A stretch of 64,000 bases of DNA from Octopus sinensis (Eukaryota), in contig NC_043013.1 of NCBI RefSeq assembly GCF_006345805.1, positions 33,976,001 through 34,040,000 on the forward strand, read 5' to 3'. Shown one piece after another: positions 12,051 through 24,030 of the stretch (the first letter of the stretch is position 1; every line of letters begins with the position of its first letter). The position numbers and the translations under genes were made by a program. Below the pieces are notes generated by a model. It ran no database searches, was not told the origin of the DNA, and saw only the letters and a list, made by a program, of their open reading frames with translations.

Positions 12051-13239
12051 TTTTATCTTTCTTGTCCTAGTGTTGGCAATCATTAGCATAATGGTCCTGG
12101 CCTTGTTGGAACAGCTGTTGTTGTTAGTGGTGATGTATTAATAGCAGTAGTTGTCAAAGTAGTAGTGCTAATGGTGGTGATAATGGTGGTGATGATGATG
12201 ATAATGGTGACGTCTGTACCAGTGTTGTTTGTGGGGATGCTGAAGGGCACAAGTAGTAATCAGAGTAACATTATCATTGGCACTGTTATTTTTAATTGAT
12301 GTTGTTGTTGATGCTTTTTGGGTAGGGGTAGGGATGGGGGTAGAGGTTTTAGCAGTGCCAGTAGTCGTAGTAGTGGTGGTGGTGGTGGCAGTGGTGCTTG
12401 TGGCAATGTTATTGGTGGTATTAGTGGCTGCAGTGGTCAGTTTAAATGTTGTTTTTACATGTGTTGGGTGTTAGTGGCCATTAGAAATTTTTTATCTTTT
12501 ACTAGTTTCAGTCATTAGACTGTGGCCATGCTGGAGCATCTAAGTAGACCTATGACCAAAGATGTTCCAACTGTGGTTATCCTCTTATTTCCTTCTTTTT
12601 TTTGTTTTTCAAGCATAATATATACGAACCAGTAAGACAGTAAGATGTAATTTTGAAGGACATTTAGTTGCTATTTCTAGTTAGTTAGATAACCCACACA
12701 GAAGCCTATTACTGGCTCATTACTACTGTTGTTGCTGTTGTTGTTGTTGTTGTTGGTGGTGGTAGTTGTGATGTCGGTGGCGGTAGTGATGGTAGTTGCA
12801 ATGTTGGTGGTGGTTGTGGTGGTGGTGGTGGTGCAGTTGGTTGGGCCATATTCTTTCTTGAAATATTGGCAAGGGCTATCTAAGAGAAAGAGAGAAAGAG
12901 CGAGAGAGAGAGAGAGTGAGGGACATACACATACACAGACACACAAAAAAAATGGCTACCAGACCTTCTGCCCTGCTCTCCCCTACCCCTTCCATCCTGC
13001 CCATTACCTCACCTCACCTCACCTTACCATTCATCATCCTTCCTCCCTGCAATCTTTCCTCTTGCACAAACACCCACCACACCCATCCTCCACCCATCCC
13101 TCCCTGCCATCATATAAAATGCAGAGGTGGAAGCAGAGGTGATGGTTACTGAGGGCCGAGATAATATAGAAAGGTAGTAAATGATGGAGTAGCAATGGAT
13201 GATGGTGGTATATGTCAGATGGGCAAAGAGAAAAAAAAA

Positions 13240-13245
13240 ATACAC

Positions 13246-13315
<70 letters not shown>

Positions 13316-13398
13316 TATATATATATATATATATACATATATATACATAATATATATATATATATATATAGATATATATATATGTATATATATATATG

Positions 13399-13494
<96 letters not shown>

Positions 13495-13512
13495 GATATA
13501 TATAATATATAC

Positions 13513-13566
<54 letters not shown>

Positions 13567-13610
13567 ATATATATATGTATATATATATGTATATATATAT
13601 ATGTATGTAT
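13240..13610. repeat. Long (TA)n/(TATATG) microsatellite
   Basis: About 370 bp of near-pure TA. Confidence 0.95.
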
Positions 13611-13707
13611 TAGAAGCAGCAGAATATCACATATAATTGACATGTCCCTTGGTGGCATATGATGCAGCAGTTATTTAGAAAGGATATGAGGATGTAAGGA
13701 AAAAAAA

Positions 13708-13971
13708 AAGTGGTGGTGGTAGTGATGATGATGATGACGATTATGATGACGATGATGGCAGCAGCAATGGTGTTGGTGGTATTGGTGTTGGTGTTGGTGA
13801 TGGGGGCGATGATAATGATGATGACAATGATTACAATGATTGCAGCAGCAATGATGGTGGTGGTGGTAATGCAGTTGGTGATGATGATGATGATGATGAT
13901 GATGATAATGGCAGCAGCAATGGTGTTGGAGGTGTTGGTGATGGTGGTGATGGTGATGATGATGATGATAT

Positions 13972-14005
<34 letters not shown>

Positions 14006-14225
14006 AATGGCTGCAGCAATGGTGTTGGTGTTGGTGTTGGTGATGGTGGTGATGATGATGATGTTGACGATGATGATGATGAAAATGGCAGCAGCAATGG
14101 TGTTGGTGATGATGATGATGATGATAATGATGATGGTGATGATGTTGACGATGATAATGATGATGATGATGGCAGCAGCAATGGTATTGGTGGCAGCGGT
14201 GGTGGTGGTGGTGGTGCTGATGGTG
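13708..14225 (+). repeat. Minisatellite of (GAT)n-GGCAGCAGCAATGGTGTTGGTG units
   Basis: The anchor GCAGCAGCAATG recurs about seven times between GAT/GGT runs. Confidence 0.85.
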
Positions 14226-14566
14226 ATGTATATACAAAGGGGGAGCAGTGGACAGAAAAAGAAAGTGATGAAGAAGGGAGGGGGTGCATTAATAAGAAGG
14301 GAATGAAAAGAAAGAGGACAGTGTATGTATGTGTTTGCACACGTGTGTGTGTGTGTGTGTGTGTGTGATGGGAGAGGGTGGGTGGTGAGATGTAAGGGGC
14401 TTGGAGAATGTTTCCAGAGAAGAAAAATCTGTAGACCAGTCCAATATCGGAAATGAGTCACATGGTTAAATATCTGCAGCTACTTTGTCTATTCAATGTC
14501 TGCCTCTGTCTCTGTCTCTGTCTCTCTGTCTGCCTTCCTGTCCGTCTGCCTGTCAGTCGGTCTACC

Positions 14567-14602
<36 letters not shown>

Positions 14603-14744
14603 ATGCTTCAGCCTGGGCTGGTGTTGTTTGCCGGTTGATAAGTAGGTAGGTAAGAAGAAGAGGTCGTAAGCCTAAGATGAATATACCAAATCACCAAACT
14701 GTTACTTACTGATTGGTCTGCAAGCAGTGTATATAAATATTATT

Positions 14745-15605
<861 letters not shown>

Positions 15606-15922
15606 GTCTATATGTGTGTGCGTGTGTGGTTTTAAGCATGCTGGTCTGTCTGTCTAACTGCCAGTTTGTCTGTTTAACTGTCTGCCTGTCTGTCTGTCTG
15701 CCCTTTTGACAGACTGATTGTTTCTCTGTCAAAGTGGGATGTAGAGTTTAGTTTAATTCTGCCATGTATAATTTGGTGTGTTGGCATCTTGTTTGTTGCT
15801 TTTGTTGTTTAACCTTATATTCTATCCTTTCCCTAGTTTCAATCATTAGACTGTAGTCATGCTGGAGCACTGCCTTGAAGGGTCTGATCAAGCAAAGCAA
15901 TCTATAACTTACTTTTTTCTAA

Positions 15923-15966
<44 letters not shown>

Positions 15967-16223
15967 GTAAAAAGTAAAAAATATATACAAACTGGGACAA
16001 GAACGTGAAACCCCTAGAAGACGACAAAAGAACCACAGGATGGGACATTTGAAGCCCTCAGTCATCAGTCAAGAACTGGATCATCTTCGCAATTTCGATA
16101 TATATGTATTATATATATATATATATAAAACTTTTTCAATGATTTTGGTTCTGTTTATGGCTGGGGCCATTGGCCAAGTATACAGGCATTGATGTAGCAG
16201 ATATTTTAAATTTAGTCCCCTCG

Positions 16224-16308
16224 GTGGACCTAGCTGACGAGGACCAATAAGCTTTATGGTATCAAAAGTATTCTGTAAAGATCGAAACTTAAGTACTAGG
16301 TTGTCCAT
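16224..16308 (+). ncRNA. Candidate type I hammerhead ribozyme (CUGACGA core, enlarged stem II)
   Basis: CCUAG-CUGACGA-[stem II region]-GAA-ACUUAAGU-A-CUAGG. Stem I extends past a UUG bulge (GUGGA/UCCAU), stem III is a perfect palindrome, and the cleavage triplet is GUA. Confidence 0.7.
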
Positions 16309-16507
16309 CTCTCTGGCATTCTTCCTTGAGCTAAAACGGCCATGCTCAAATGGTATTTTCTATGTGCCACCTGCACAGGAACCAGTCCAGCGTCACTGAC
16401 AACAACCTCATTCAAATGTTTTTTATGGTGAAAGAGAATGATTTGGTTGCAATTTGGTTGTCATTTCTTTCAGATCAAGTGTCCTTGTAGCAATTCCCTA
16501 GTTGCAT

Positions 16508-16718
16508 CGAGTTGATAGAAACATTAGTATGCAAGGCGAAATACTTAGCAGTATTTTGTCTGTCTTTGTGTTCTGAGTTCAAATTCTGCCGAGGTTGACT
16601 TTGCTTTTCATCCTTTCAGGGTCGATAAATTAAGTACCAGTTGTGTACTGGGGTCAATCTAATCGACTGGCCCCCTCCCCACTAATTTCAGGCCTTGTGT
16701 CTAGAGTAGAAAAGAATT
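16508..16718 (+). mobile_element. SINE family B, tail type B1
   Basis: TTCTGAGTTCAAATTCTGCCGAGGTTGACTTTGCTTTTCATCCTTTCAGGGTCGATAAATTAAGTACCAG..GGCCTTGTGTCTAGAGTAGAAAAGAAT. Confidence 0.85.
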
Positions 16719-17477
16719 TACTAGTTGCATCACCATTATAGGAGATCTGTGGTGGTTTTAGTATTTTCTGATATTGTCATATAGTGTTTAGATAATGTGT
16801 TTCTTGTTATTAACAAGTCTGTTCAATTAAGGTTGACTAGTGCTAAGGCAGCAACAAGAATTCACATGTCACTGCATGTTTTTATTGAATATTATCGTTT
16901 GATTTTTGGAAATTAACTCTAGAGGCTTTCCAAATGGGAAAGCCTCTAGATATATTGCTGTTTAAGCACAGGTGGAAAACTAGCAGTACAAAATACTTTG
17001 TGGTATTTTGTACTGCACTCTGTGCTCTGAGATCAAATGTGCACTGAGATCAACATTTCATCTTTCATCCTTTCTCAGGAATCGAGAAATTAAAGAATCC
17101 CAGAAGGGTACTGAGAAATCAATAGAGCTTTGAACAATGTAATGCCTTGTGAGAATTGTTCCAGATCTTCATGTTCTGAAATTTTAGGGGACAGACAAAG
17201 TCCATCATTTAATTTAAATCTTCCATTTGGACATCAGTTGTGTGTAGTAGAATTCACACAATATGAATTCAAACAACTCACACAGAGGAAATGTTTGAGC
17301 CAGGCCTCTGGGGGTGAGAATGGTGTCCTCACTCTTCTTCTCACCAACTTTTGAACCCTCAGAAAGAAGAAAAAGTGGGATTAGGGAAACTGCTCTTTCT
17401 TCTCAAACGTTGCATCACAAAATGAAAACAAAAAGATGAAAATAACTTTCATCTCTGCTAAGGATTCTTTAATTCTA

Positions 17478-17671
17478 TTTTGCTTGTTTCAGTCATTTGA
17501 CTGTGGCCATGCTGGAGCACCACCTTGAAGGGTTTTAGTCAAACTTATTTTTTAAGCTTAGTACTTATACTCCTTTTTGCTGAAACGCTAAGTTATGGGG
17601 ACATAAACCCACCAACACCGGTTGTCAAGCTGTAATCGGGTTACAAACACAGACATAAACACACACACACG

Positions 17672-17703
<32 letters not shown>

Positions 17704-17855
17704 ACAAGCTTCTTCTAGTTTCTTTCAACCAAATCCACTCACAAAGCTTTGGTCAGCCCGTGGCTTTAGTAGAAGACACTTGCACAAAGTGCCACACAGT
17801 GGTACTGAACACAGCACCATGTGGTTGAGTAACAAGCTTCTTACCACACAGCCAT
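17478..17855 (-). mobile_element. SINE family A, near full length
   Basis: Reverse complement aligns to 7204-7606. Confidence 0.8.
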
Positions 17856-17866
17856 GCCTGTGCATG

Positions 17867-17981
<115 letters not shown>

Positions 17982-17986
17982 GTATA

Positions 17987-19405
17987 TAAAATATTATTAG
18001 AGACAAAACCACTATTTTGCAAAACAAACAAGGAAAGACTTAATCAATACATAAAATTTTAATAAATAGTCAAAAAAACCGCCACTACAATTGTTTCTTG
18101 TCTTGATCGACAATCTTCAGGTGGACTTCCAATCTAAAATATCAATATTTTAAAATATAAAAATAATAATTTTAAAATAATTAAAGTATGAATGAAAAAA
18201 TATAAATATATAATCCATATATAACCTATATATAATCCATATATAATCAATATATAAACAATATATAAACTAAAATAAACCTATCAACAATTAAATATAA
18301 AATATAAAATATAAAATATAAAATATAAAACAAAACAAAAAAATAATAATAATATAATAATAAACTATATATACACCCATACACATATACCTAATTATAT
18401 ATAACCATATCTAACTACATACACTAAATCACACACCTATATATATATCCCTATACATACACATAAAAACGTCTAGGCAACTATAAATAAATAAAATAGC
18501 TAAATACTTCAACACAATACTTATTCATACTCCCACACACACACACATACAACCCACATTCACGCTCTAGAAAACGGACATCACTTAAAATTATGAATGG
18601 AGAAATGGAATAATTGGAATTAAAAATTATATTCACTTGGTAAAACGAACACTACTTAAAAATTATGAATGAAACAATGCAATAAAACAACAGACATCGC
18701 AAATAGACACAAATTACTACGAATTCCTTAACAAACCTACCATGATAAACCAAAACTCATAAAAACATATAATGATAAAATCTCCCTTTACTAAACTCTA
18801 TAACATACCTAACCTAAACATTCACACACAAATACACACACGTAAACCACACACCCACGACATATACAAATACCCACACCACTTACACATACCTATACAT
18901 ACATATAAAACTCAACATATACTCCAAAAACCCACTCAACCCCACACAGACAAATAAACACAAAAATTATGAATGGATTCTTTTATAAAACTACCATGAT
19001 AAGCTAAAACTCACAAAACATAAATGATAAAACCTCCCTTTACTAAACACTATAACATACTTATATAGCAATCCCTTTAACCTATACATTCACACCAAAT
19101 ACACACACTAAACCACACACCCATAACAAATACAAACACCCACCCCACTCACACACACCCACAAGTACATATACGCCTCAACATATACACCAAACAAAAT
19201 TACTTTACCAAGGAACTTAACATATGTATAAAAAGTATAACCGCTCTGGAAACGAACATCTTTTAAAATAATGAATGGAGAAATGGAATAAATGGAATTA
19301 AAAATAATATTCACGTGGCAAAACGAACACCACTCAAAAATTATGAATGAAACAATGTAATAAAACAACCAACATCGAAAATAGACAAATTACCACGAAT
19401 TCCCT
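17987..19405 (-). mobile_element. Probable Penelope-like element remnant (HHR-bearing terminus plus strand-skewed, internally duplicated body)
   Basis: HHR at 18082-18124 lies about 95 nt from an end that abuts (TA)n. The body is strongly A/C-skewed with internal duplications. No ORF is recognisable, so the PLE call is inferred. Confidence 0.45.
18082..18124 (-). ncRNA. Candidate minimal type I hammerhead ribozyme (CUGAAGA core)
   Basis: Minus strand: CCAC-CUGAAGA-UUGUC-GAUCAA-GACAA-GAA-ACAAUUGU-A-GUGG. It has a 4-bp stem I, a 5-bp stem II, a palindromic stem III and a GUA site. Confidence 0.75.
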
Positions 19406-19589
19406 AAAAAAAAACCATGAGATACATGCTATCATTGCCACAAATTGGCAGTAGGCTTTCACCCTTACTGTATGCATATGCATATACATACATACATATA
19501 TACATGTATACATACATATATATATATATACATACATGCATATATGCATACATATAGACATACATACATATATACATACAAGCATACAT

Positions 19590-19978
19590 ACCTGTGTGTT
19601 AAGCAGCTTGCTTACCAACCACATGGTCCCGGGTTTAGTCCCACTGTGTGGCACCTTGAGCAAGTGTCTTCTACTATAGCCTCGGGCCGACCAAAGTTTT
19701 GTTAGTGGATTGGGTAGATGAAAACTGAAAGAAGCTTGTCGTATGTATATATATGTATATATATATGTGTCTGTGTTTGTCCCCCCACTCCAACATCGCT
19801 TGACAACCGATGCTGGTGTATTTACATCCCTGTAACTTAGTGGTTCAGTGAAAAGAGACCAATAGAATAAATACTAGGCTTACAAAGAAGAAGTTCTGGA
19901 GTCGATTTGCTCGACTAAAGGCGGTGCTCCAGCAAGGCCACAGTCAAATGACTGAAACAAGTAAATGAGTAAAAGAGA
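19590..19978 (+). mobile_element. SINE family A, near full length
   Basis: Head to GACTGAAACAAGTAAATGAGTAAAAGAG. Confidence 0.8.
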
Positions 19979-20111
19979 ATACATGCATATATACATGCAT
20001 ACATATATACATACATACATACATGCATACATATATACATACATGCATACAAAGAGACATGTGTGTGTGTATATATATATACATACATACACATATCTTT
20101 TAAGCCTAGTA

Positions 20112-20570
20112 GTTAGTTAGTTAGTTAATTTGGCTCAAAAGCAAATAGCAAGGCCATGTAGGGGGACATGGAGTTAAGTACAGGGTGGTGTTCATGTAAA
20201 GAGTTCAGGCCACTTGAGGTCCAGGGAGGCTTTGAACAAAGCGGTCGTCGGCATCTTCACCATCTCGTCTGGCAGCTTGTTCCACGGATCCGCAACCCGG
20301 ACGGAGAAAGCTCCTCTCCTTCGATTGAGATGAAATCGTCGCAGGTAGAGCTTTTCGGAATGACCCCGCAGCCGACGCTCCGGAGCAGGAGTGAAGAACA
20401 GCTCTTTCGAGAGGTTACACTTCCCGCTTATGATGTTGTGGGCGAGAATGAGATCACCACGGCGGCGGCGTTTTTCAAGAGAACAAAGGTCGAGCGTCCT
20501 CAGCCTTTCTTCGTAGGACAAATTTTTGAGACCATGAACCATGCGGGTAGCCAGCCTCTGGACTCTTTCG
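20112..20570 (-). mobile_element. 5'-truncated CR1-clade LINE (ORF2 C-terminus, 3' UTR, (AACT)n tail), young copy
   Basis: Uninterrupted ERVQRLATRMVHGLKNLSYEERLRTLDLCSLEKRRRRGDLI...LRGHSEKL...FSVRVADPWNKLP...FKASLD, the typical CR1 ORF2 C-terminal signature. The tail reads TAACTAACTAACT. Confidence 0.9.
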
Positions 20571-20868
20571 ACTTATTCTATTGGTCTCTTTTGCCCAATT
20601 GCTAAGTTATGGGAATGTAAAAACACCAACACTGGTGGTCAAGTAGGGAGGAGGGGGTGCAAACACAGACACAGACACACACCACACACATATATATGTA
20701 TGTATGTATATGACAGGCTTCTTTCAATTTCCATTGAACAAATCCACTCACAAGGCTTTGATTGGCCTAAGGCTATAGTGGAAGATACTTGCCCAAGGTG
20801 TCATGCAGTGTGACTGAACCCAGAGCCATGTGGTTAGGAAGCAAATTTGTTGCCACACAGCCACTCCT
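20571..20868 (-). mobile_element. SINE family A interrupted by the CR1 insertion
   Basis: Resumes at ACTTATTCTATTGGTCTC. The adjacent consensus bases TAAGCCTAGTA lie on the other side of the CR1 at 20101-20111. Confidence 0.75.
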
Positions 20869-21044
20869 TGGGCAAGTATCTTCTACTATATATATATATA
20901 TATACCATCAACATCTTCATCATTTAGTTTGCATTTTTTATGCTGGCATGGATTGGATGATTAGACTGGATCTGGTCAATCTCATGGTTCACTTTGAGAT
21001 GGTTTCTACAAGTTCCTAATGCCAAAATATAACATATATATGTT

Positions 21045-21317
21045 ACATCTATCTATCTATCTGTCTGTCTGTCTGTCTGTCTGTCTGCCTGTCTGTCTGT
21101 CTGTCTGGCTAGCTGGCTGGCTAGCTGTCTGTCTGTCTGTCTACCAATCTACCTACCTACCTACCTACCTACCTACCTACTACCTACCTACCTATCTATT
21201 TATCTATCTATCTGTCTGTCTGTCTATGTATGTAGGCATGTATGTATGTATGTATGCATGCATGTATGCATGTTTCTGTCTATCTATCTATCTATCATCT
21301 ATCTATCTATCTATCTA

Positions 21318-21362
<45 letters not shown>

Positions 21363-21410
21363 GTCTGTCTGTCTGCCTCTCTACCTATCTGTCTATTTAT
21401 CTATCTAGCC
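21045..21410. repeat. Compound tetranucleotide microsatellite (CTAT)n/(CTGT)n/(CTAC)n/(GTAT)n
   Basis: Directly visible. Confidence 0.9.
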
Positions 21411-21573
21411 GTATGTACATAAAGCATAATATATACTCTGAGTGTATGGGTGTGCGTGTGTGTATGTGTGTGTGTGTGCATAGATATGTACGATTCTATA
21501 TGCAGGCCCTCCTTCATTCTCCCCGCCACCACATATATATATAAATCAAACTGTAAAAGCTTATATATATATA

Positions 21574-21699
21574 CTTTATTTAAAGCTGCAGAAAATTCAA
21601 CAAAACCTGTTACTCTGAGTTTCCCGTTGCCGTTCATGAACGGCAACGGGAAACTCAGAGTAACAGGTTTTGTTGAATTTTATGCTGCTTTAAATAAAG
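21574..21699. repeat. 126-bp loopless palindrome containing the 3' part of an HHR-like motif
   Basis: Centre at 21636/21637 (TTCA|TGAA) with only 2 mismatched pairs. Each arm carries GAAAC-UCAGA-GU-A-ACAGG. Confidence 0.9.
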
Positions 21700-21770
21700 C
21701 ATATTAATATACCACTGGTATTTGAGTACTCTTTTTTCCACCTTGTTTCACATTTATGTGTTTACTCCAG

Positions 21771-21899
<129 letters not shown>

Positions 21900-22487
21900 C
21901 ACACACACACACACACACTTACACACACAAACACATATACACAGTGCACAAAAAAGGATATACATCTGTATTTCCTTTTAATTCAAATGTCTTCTCTTTA
22001 TATCATCTTCATGTATTTTTAATTGTTGCGAACTATTTCTTCCAAACAGATTGTTTTGTTTTGTACTTGCTCTCCTCATTATTATCATTCATATTATTAA
22101 CATTTACAATTGGAATTGTTTTTGTTTCTGAAGATACAACTGTTGTTGTTGCTGCTGCTGCTGCTGCTGTGTTGTTGTTGTGTTGTTGTTGTTGTTGTTG
22201 TTATTTTTGTTCTTCTAATATTCAATTTTTCTTGTTTTTGTTGCTTTAGTTTCCTCATATTGCTGTCTGATTTGTACTTTCATACTGTTATTTCCATTGT
22301 TCCTCTTGATGTAATTGTGTGTTTATAATATATGAATTTTTTTAAAATTTCATACGGATACCTGTTGTGTGTGTACTTATATACACAGACTATTATACTT
22401 TTTGTTTTATTTGTATATATACATTTACATATTTATGTGTGTATGTGTGTGTGTGTGTGTTTTATCTACAATAATTTATACATATAC

Positions 22488-22895
22488 TCTTTACTCTTTT
22501 ACTCTTTTACTTGTTTCAGTCATTTGACTGTGGCCATGCTGGAGCACCGCCTTTAGTCGAGGAACTCGAACCTGGGACTTATTCTTTGTAAGTCCAGTAC
22601 TTATTCTATCGGTCTCTTTTGCCGAACCGCTAAGTGACGGGGACATAAACACACCAGCATCGGTTGTCAATCTATGCTAGGGGGACAAACACAGACACAT
22701 GAACACACACGCACACATATATACATATACATATATACGACGGGCTTCTTTCAGTTTCCGACTACCAAATCCACTCACAAGGCTTTGGTCGGCCCGAGGC
22801 TATAGTAGAAGACACTTGCCCAAGGTGCCACGCAGTGGTACTGAACCCGGAACCATGTGGTTGGTAAGCCAGCTACTTACCACACAGCCACTCCT
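22488..22895 (-). mobile_element. SINE family A, full length, well conserved
   Basis: Reverse complement aligns end to end with 7204-7606. The tail is (ACTCTTTT)n. Confidence 0.9.
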
Positions 22896-23189
22896 GTATA
22901 TATATATCCTATATATATCATGAATAATATACAAAATTACCAATATATGTATCAAAATAATATAACTGTGTAAATTTATTTATTTACGTATATGTAATTA
23001 TGTCTGTATAGGCATGGCTGAGTGGTAAGATGTTTGCTTTCTAGCCACATAATTCCCGGTTCAGTCCCACTGTGTGCCACTTTGGGCAAGTGTCTTCTGT
23101 TACAGCTTTGGTCCAACCAAAGCCTTGAGAGTGAATTTGATACACAGAAACCAAGAAAAACCCTGTGTGTATGTGTATATAAGTCTGTC

Positions 23190-23231
<42 letters not shown>

Positions 23232-23314
23232 ATAATAATAAATATTAGGGAATAAATCCAAATTTACAGGGAAAAAATCAGATTTAGGATTAAATCGATT
23301 TTATAGTAAAATAT

Positions 23315-23439
23315 TATAAAATATTATTAGAGACAAAACCACTATTTTGCAAAACAAACAAGGAAAGACTTAATCAATACATAAAATTTTAATAAGTCTT
23401 CCTTGTTTGTTTTGCAAAATAGTGGTTTTGTCTCTAATA

Positions 23440-23449
<10 letters not shown>
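23315..23449. repeat. Fold-back inverted repeat (about 57-bp arms) of the terminus seen at 17987-18062
   Basis: The left arm matches 17987-18045 nearly perfectly (AAAATATTATTAGAGACAAAACCACTATTTTGCAAAACAAACAAGGAAAGACTT). The right arm is its reverse complement. Confidence 0.9.
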
Positions 23450-23476
<27 letters not shown>

Positions 23477-23511
23477 GTAAATATAATATGTGACACTTAT
23501 ATAGTAGCCAT

Positions 23512-23572
23512 GATAAAACTCCGAGTTTCGGATGTTGGGATGGAAACCCACGCTGCAATCTCTTCAGTTATC
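23512..23572 (-). ncRNA. Candidate type I hammerhead ribozyme (left arm of inverted repeat 23504-23674)
   Basis: GAUAA-CUGAAGA-[long stem II]-C-GAA-ACUCGGAGU-U-UUAUC. It has a 5-bp stem I, a near-palindromic stem III and a GUU site. Confidence 0.6.
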
Positions 23573-23605
23573 TGGTCACCAAAAAAAAATTTTTTTCGAT
23601 GGTTG

Positions 23606-23666
23606 GATAACTGAAGAGATGGCGGCGTGGGTTTCCATTCCGACATCCAAAACTTGGAATTTTATC
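23606..23666 (+). ncRNA. Degenerate inverted partner of the 23512-23572 hammerhead
   Basis: Same stem I and core with a better stem II (GAUG/CAUC, CGG/CCG, GUGG/CCAU). CGAAAC has changed to CAAAAC and GU to AU, so it is likely inactive. Confidence 0.5.
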
Positions 23667-23781
23667 ATGGCTACCGAATGATTGTCACATATTATTTTTA
23701 CAGATAAATTCCTCTATTTACATTATATCGAGGTCTTTTTCTTTTGTTGTCTTAGCATTTCTATCAATATATATATATATA

Positions 23782-23857
<76 letters not shown>

Positions 23858-23946
23858 TGTGTGTGTTAAGTGTGATATACAGAAATTGAATATTGAGAAA
23901 AAAGTTGTCAGAATTTTGGTAAAGAAATAATTTTACTTCTTTATTA

Positions 23947-23986
23947 TTATTAGCGCTTTCGCTCCTTTCTCGAACTTGTCAAATAA
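23947..23986 (-). ncRNA. Candidate minimal hammerhead variant with U3-A8 core (UUGACAA)
   Basis: UUAU-UUGACAA-GUUC-GAGAAAG-GAGC-GAA-AGCGCU-A-AUAA. Stem III is palindromic and the site is CUA. Confidence 0.55.
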
Positions 23987-23990
23987 AATC

Positions 23991-24030
23991 TTATCTGATA
24001 AGTTCGAGAAAGGAACGAAAGTACTAATAA
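23991..24030 (+). ncRNA. Inverted partner hammerhead-like motif (CUGAUAA core)
   Basis: UUAU-CUGAUAA-GUUC-GAGAAAG-GAAC-GAA-AGUACU-A-AUAA, inside inverted repeat 23890-24088. Confidence 0.5.

Noticed and set aside
16040-16100. CUGAUGA on the minus strand at about 16073 as another HHR
   Set aside because: There is no GAAA or proper stem III, and the only stem I candidate is separated from the core by a long insert.
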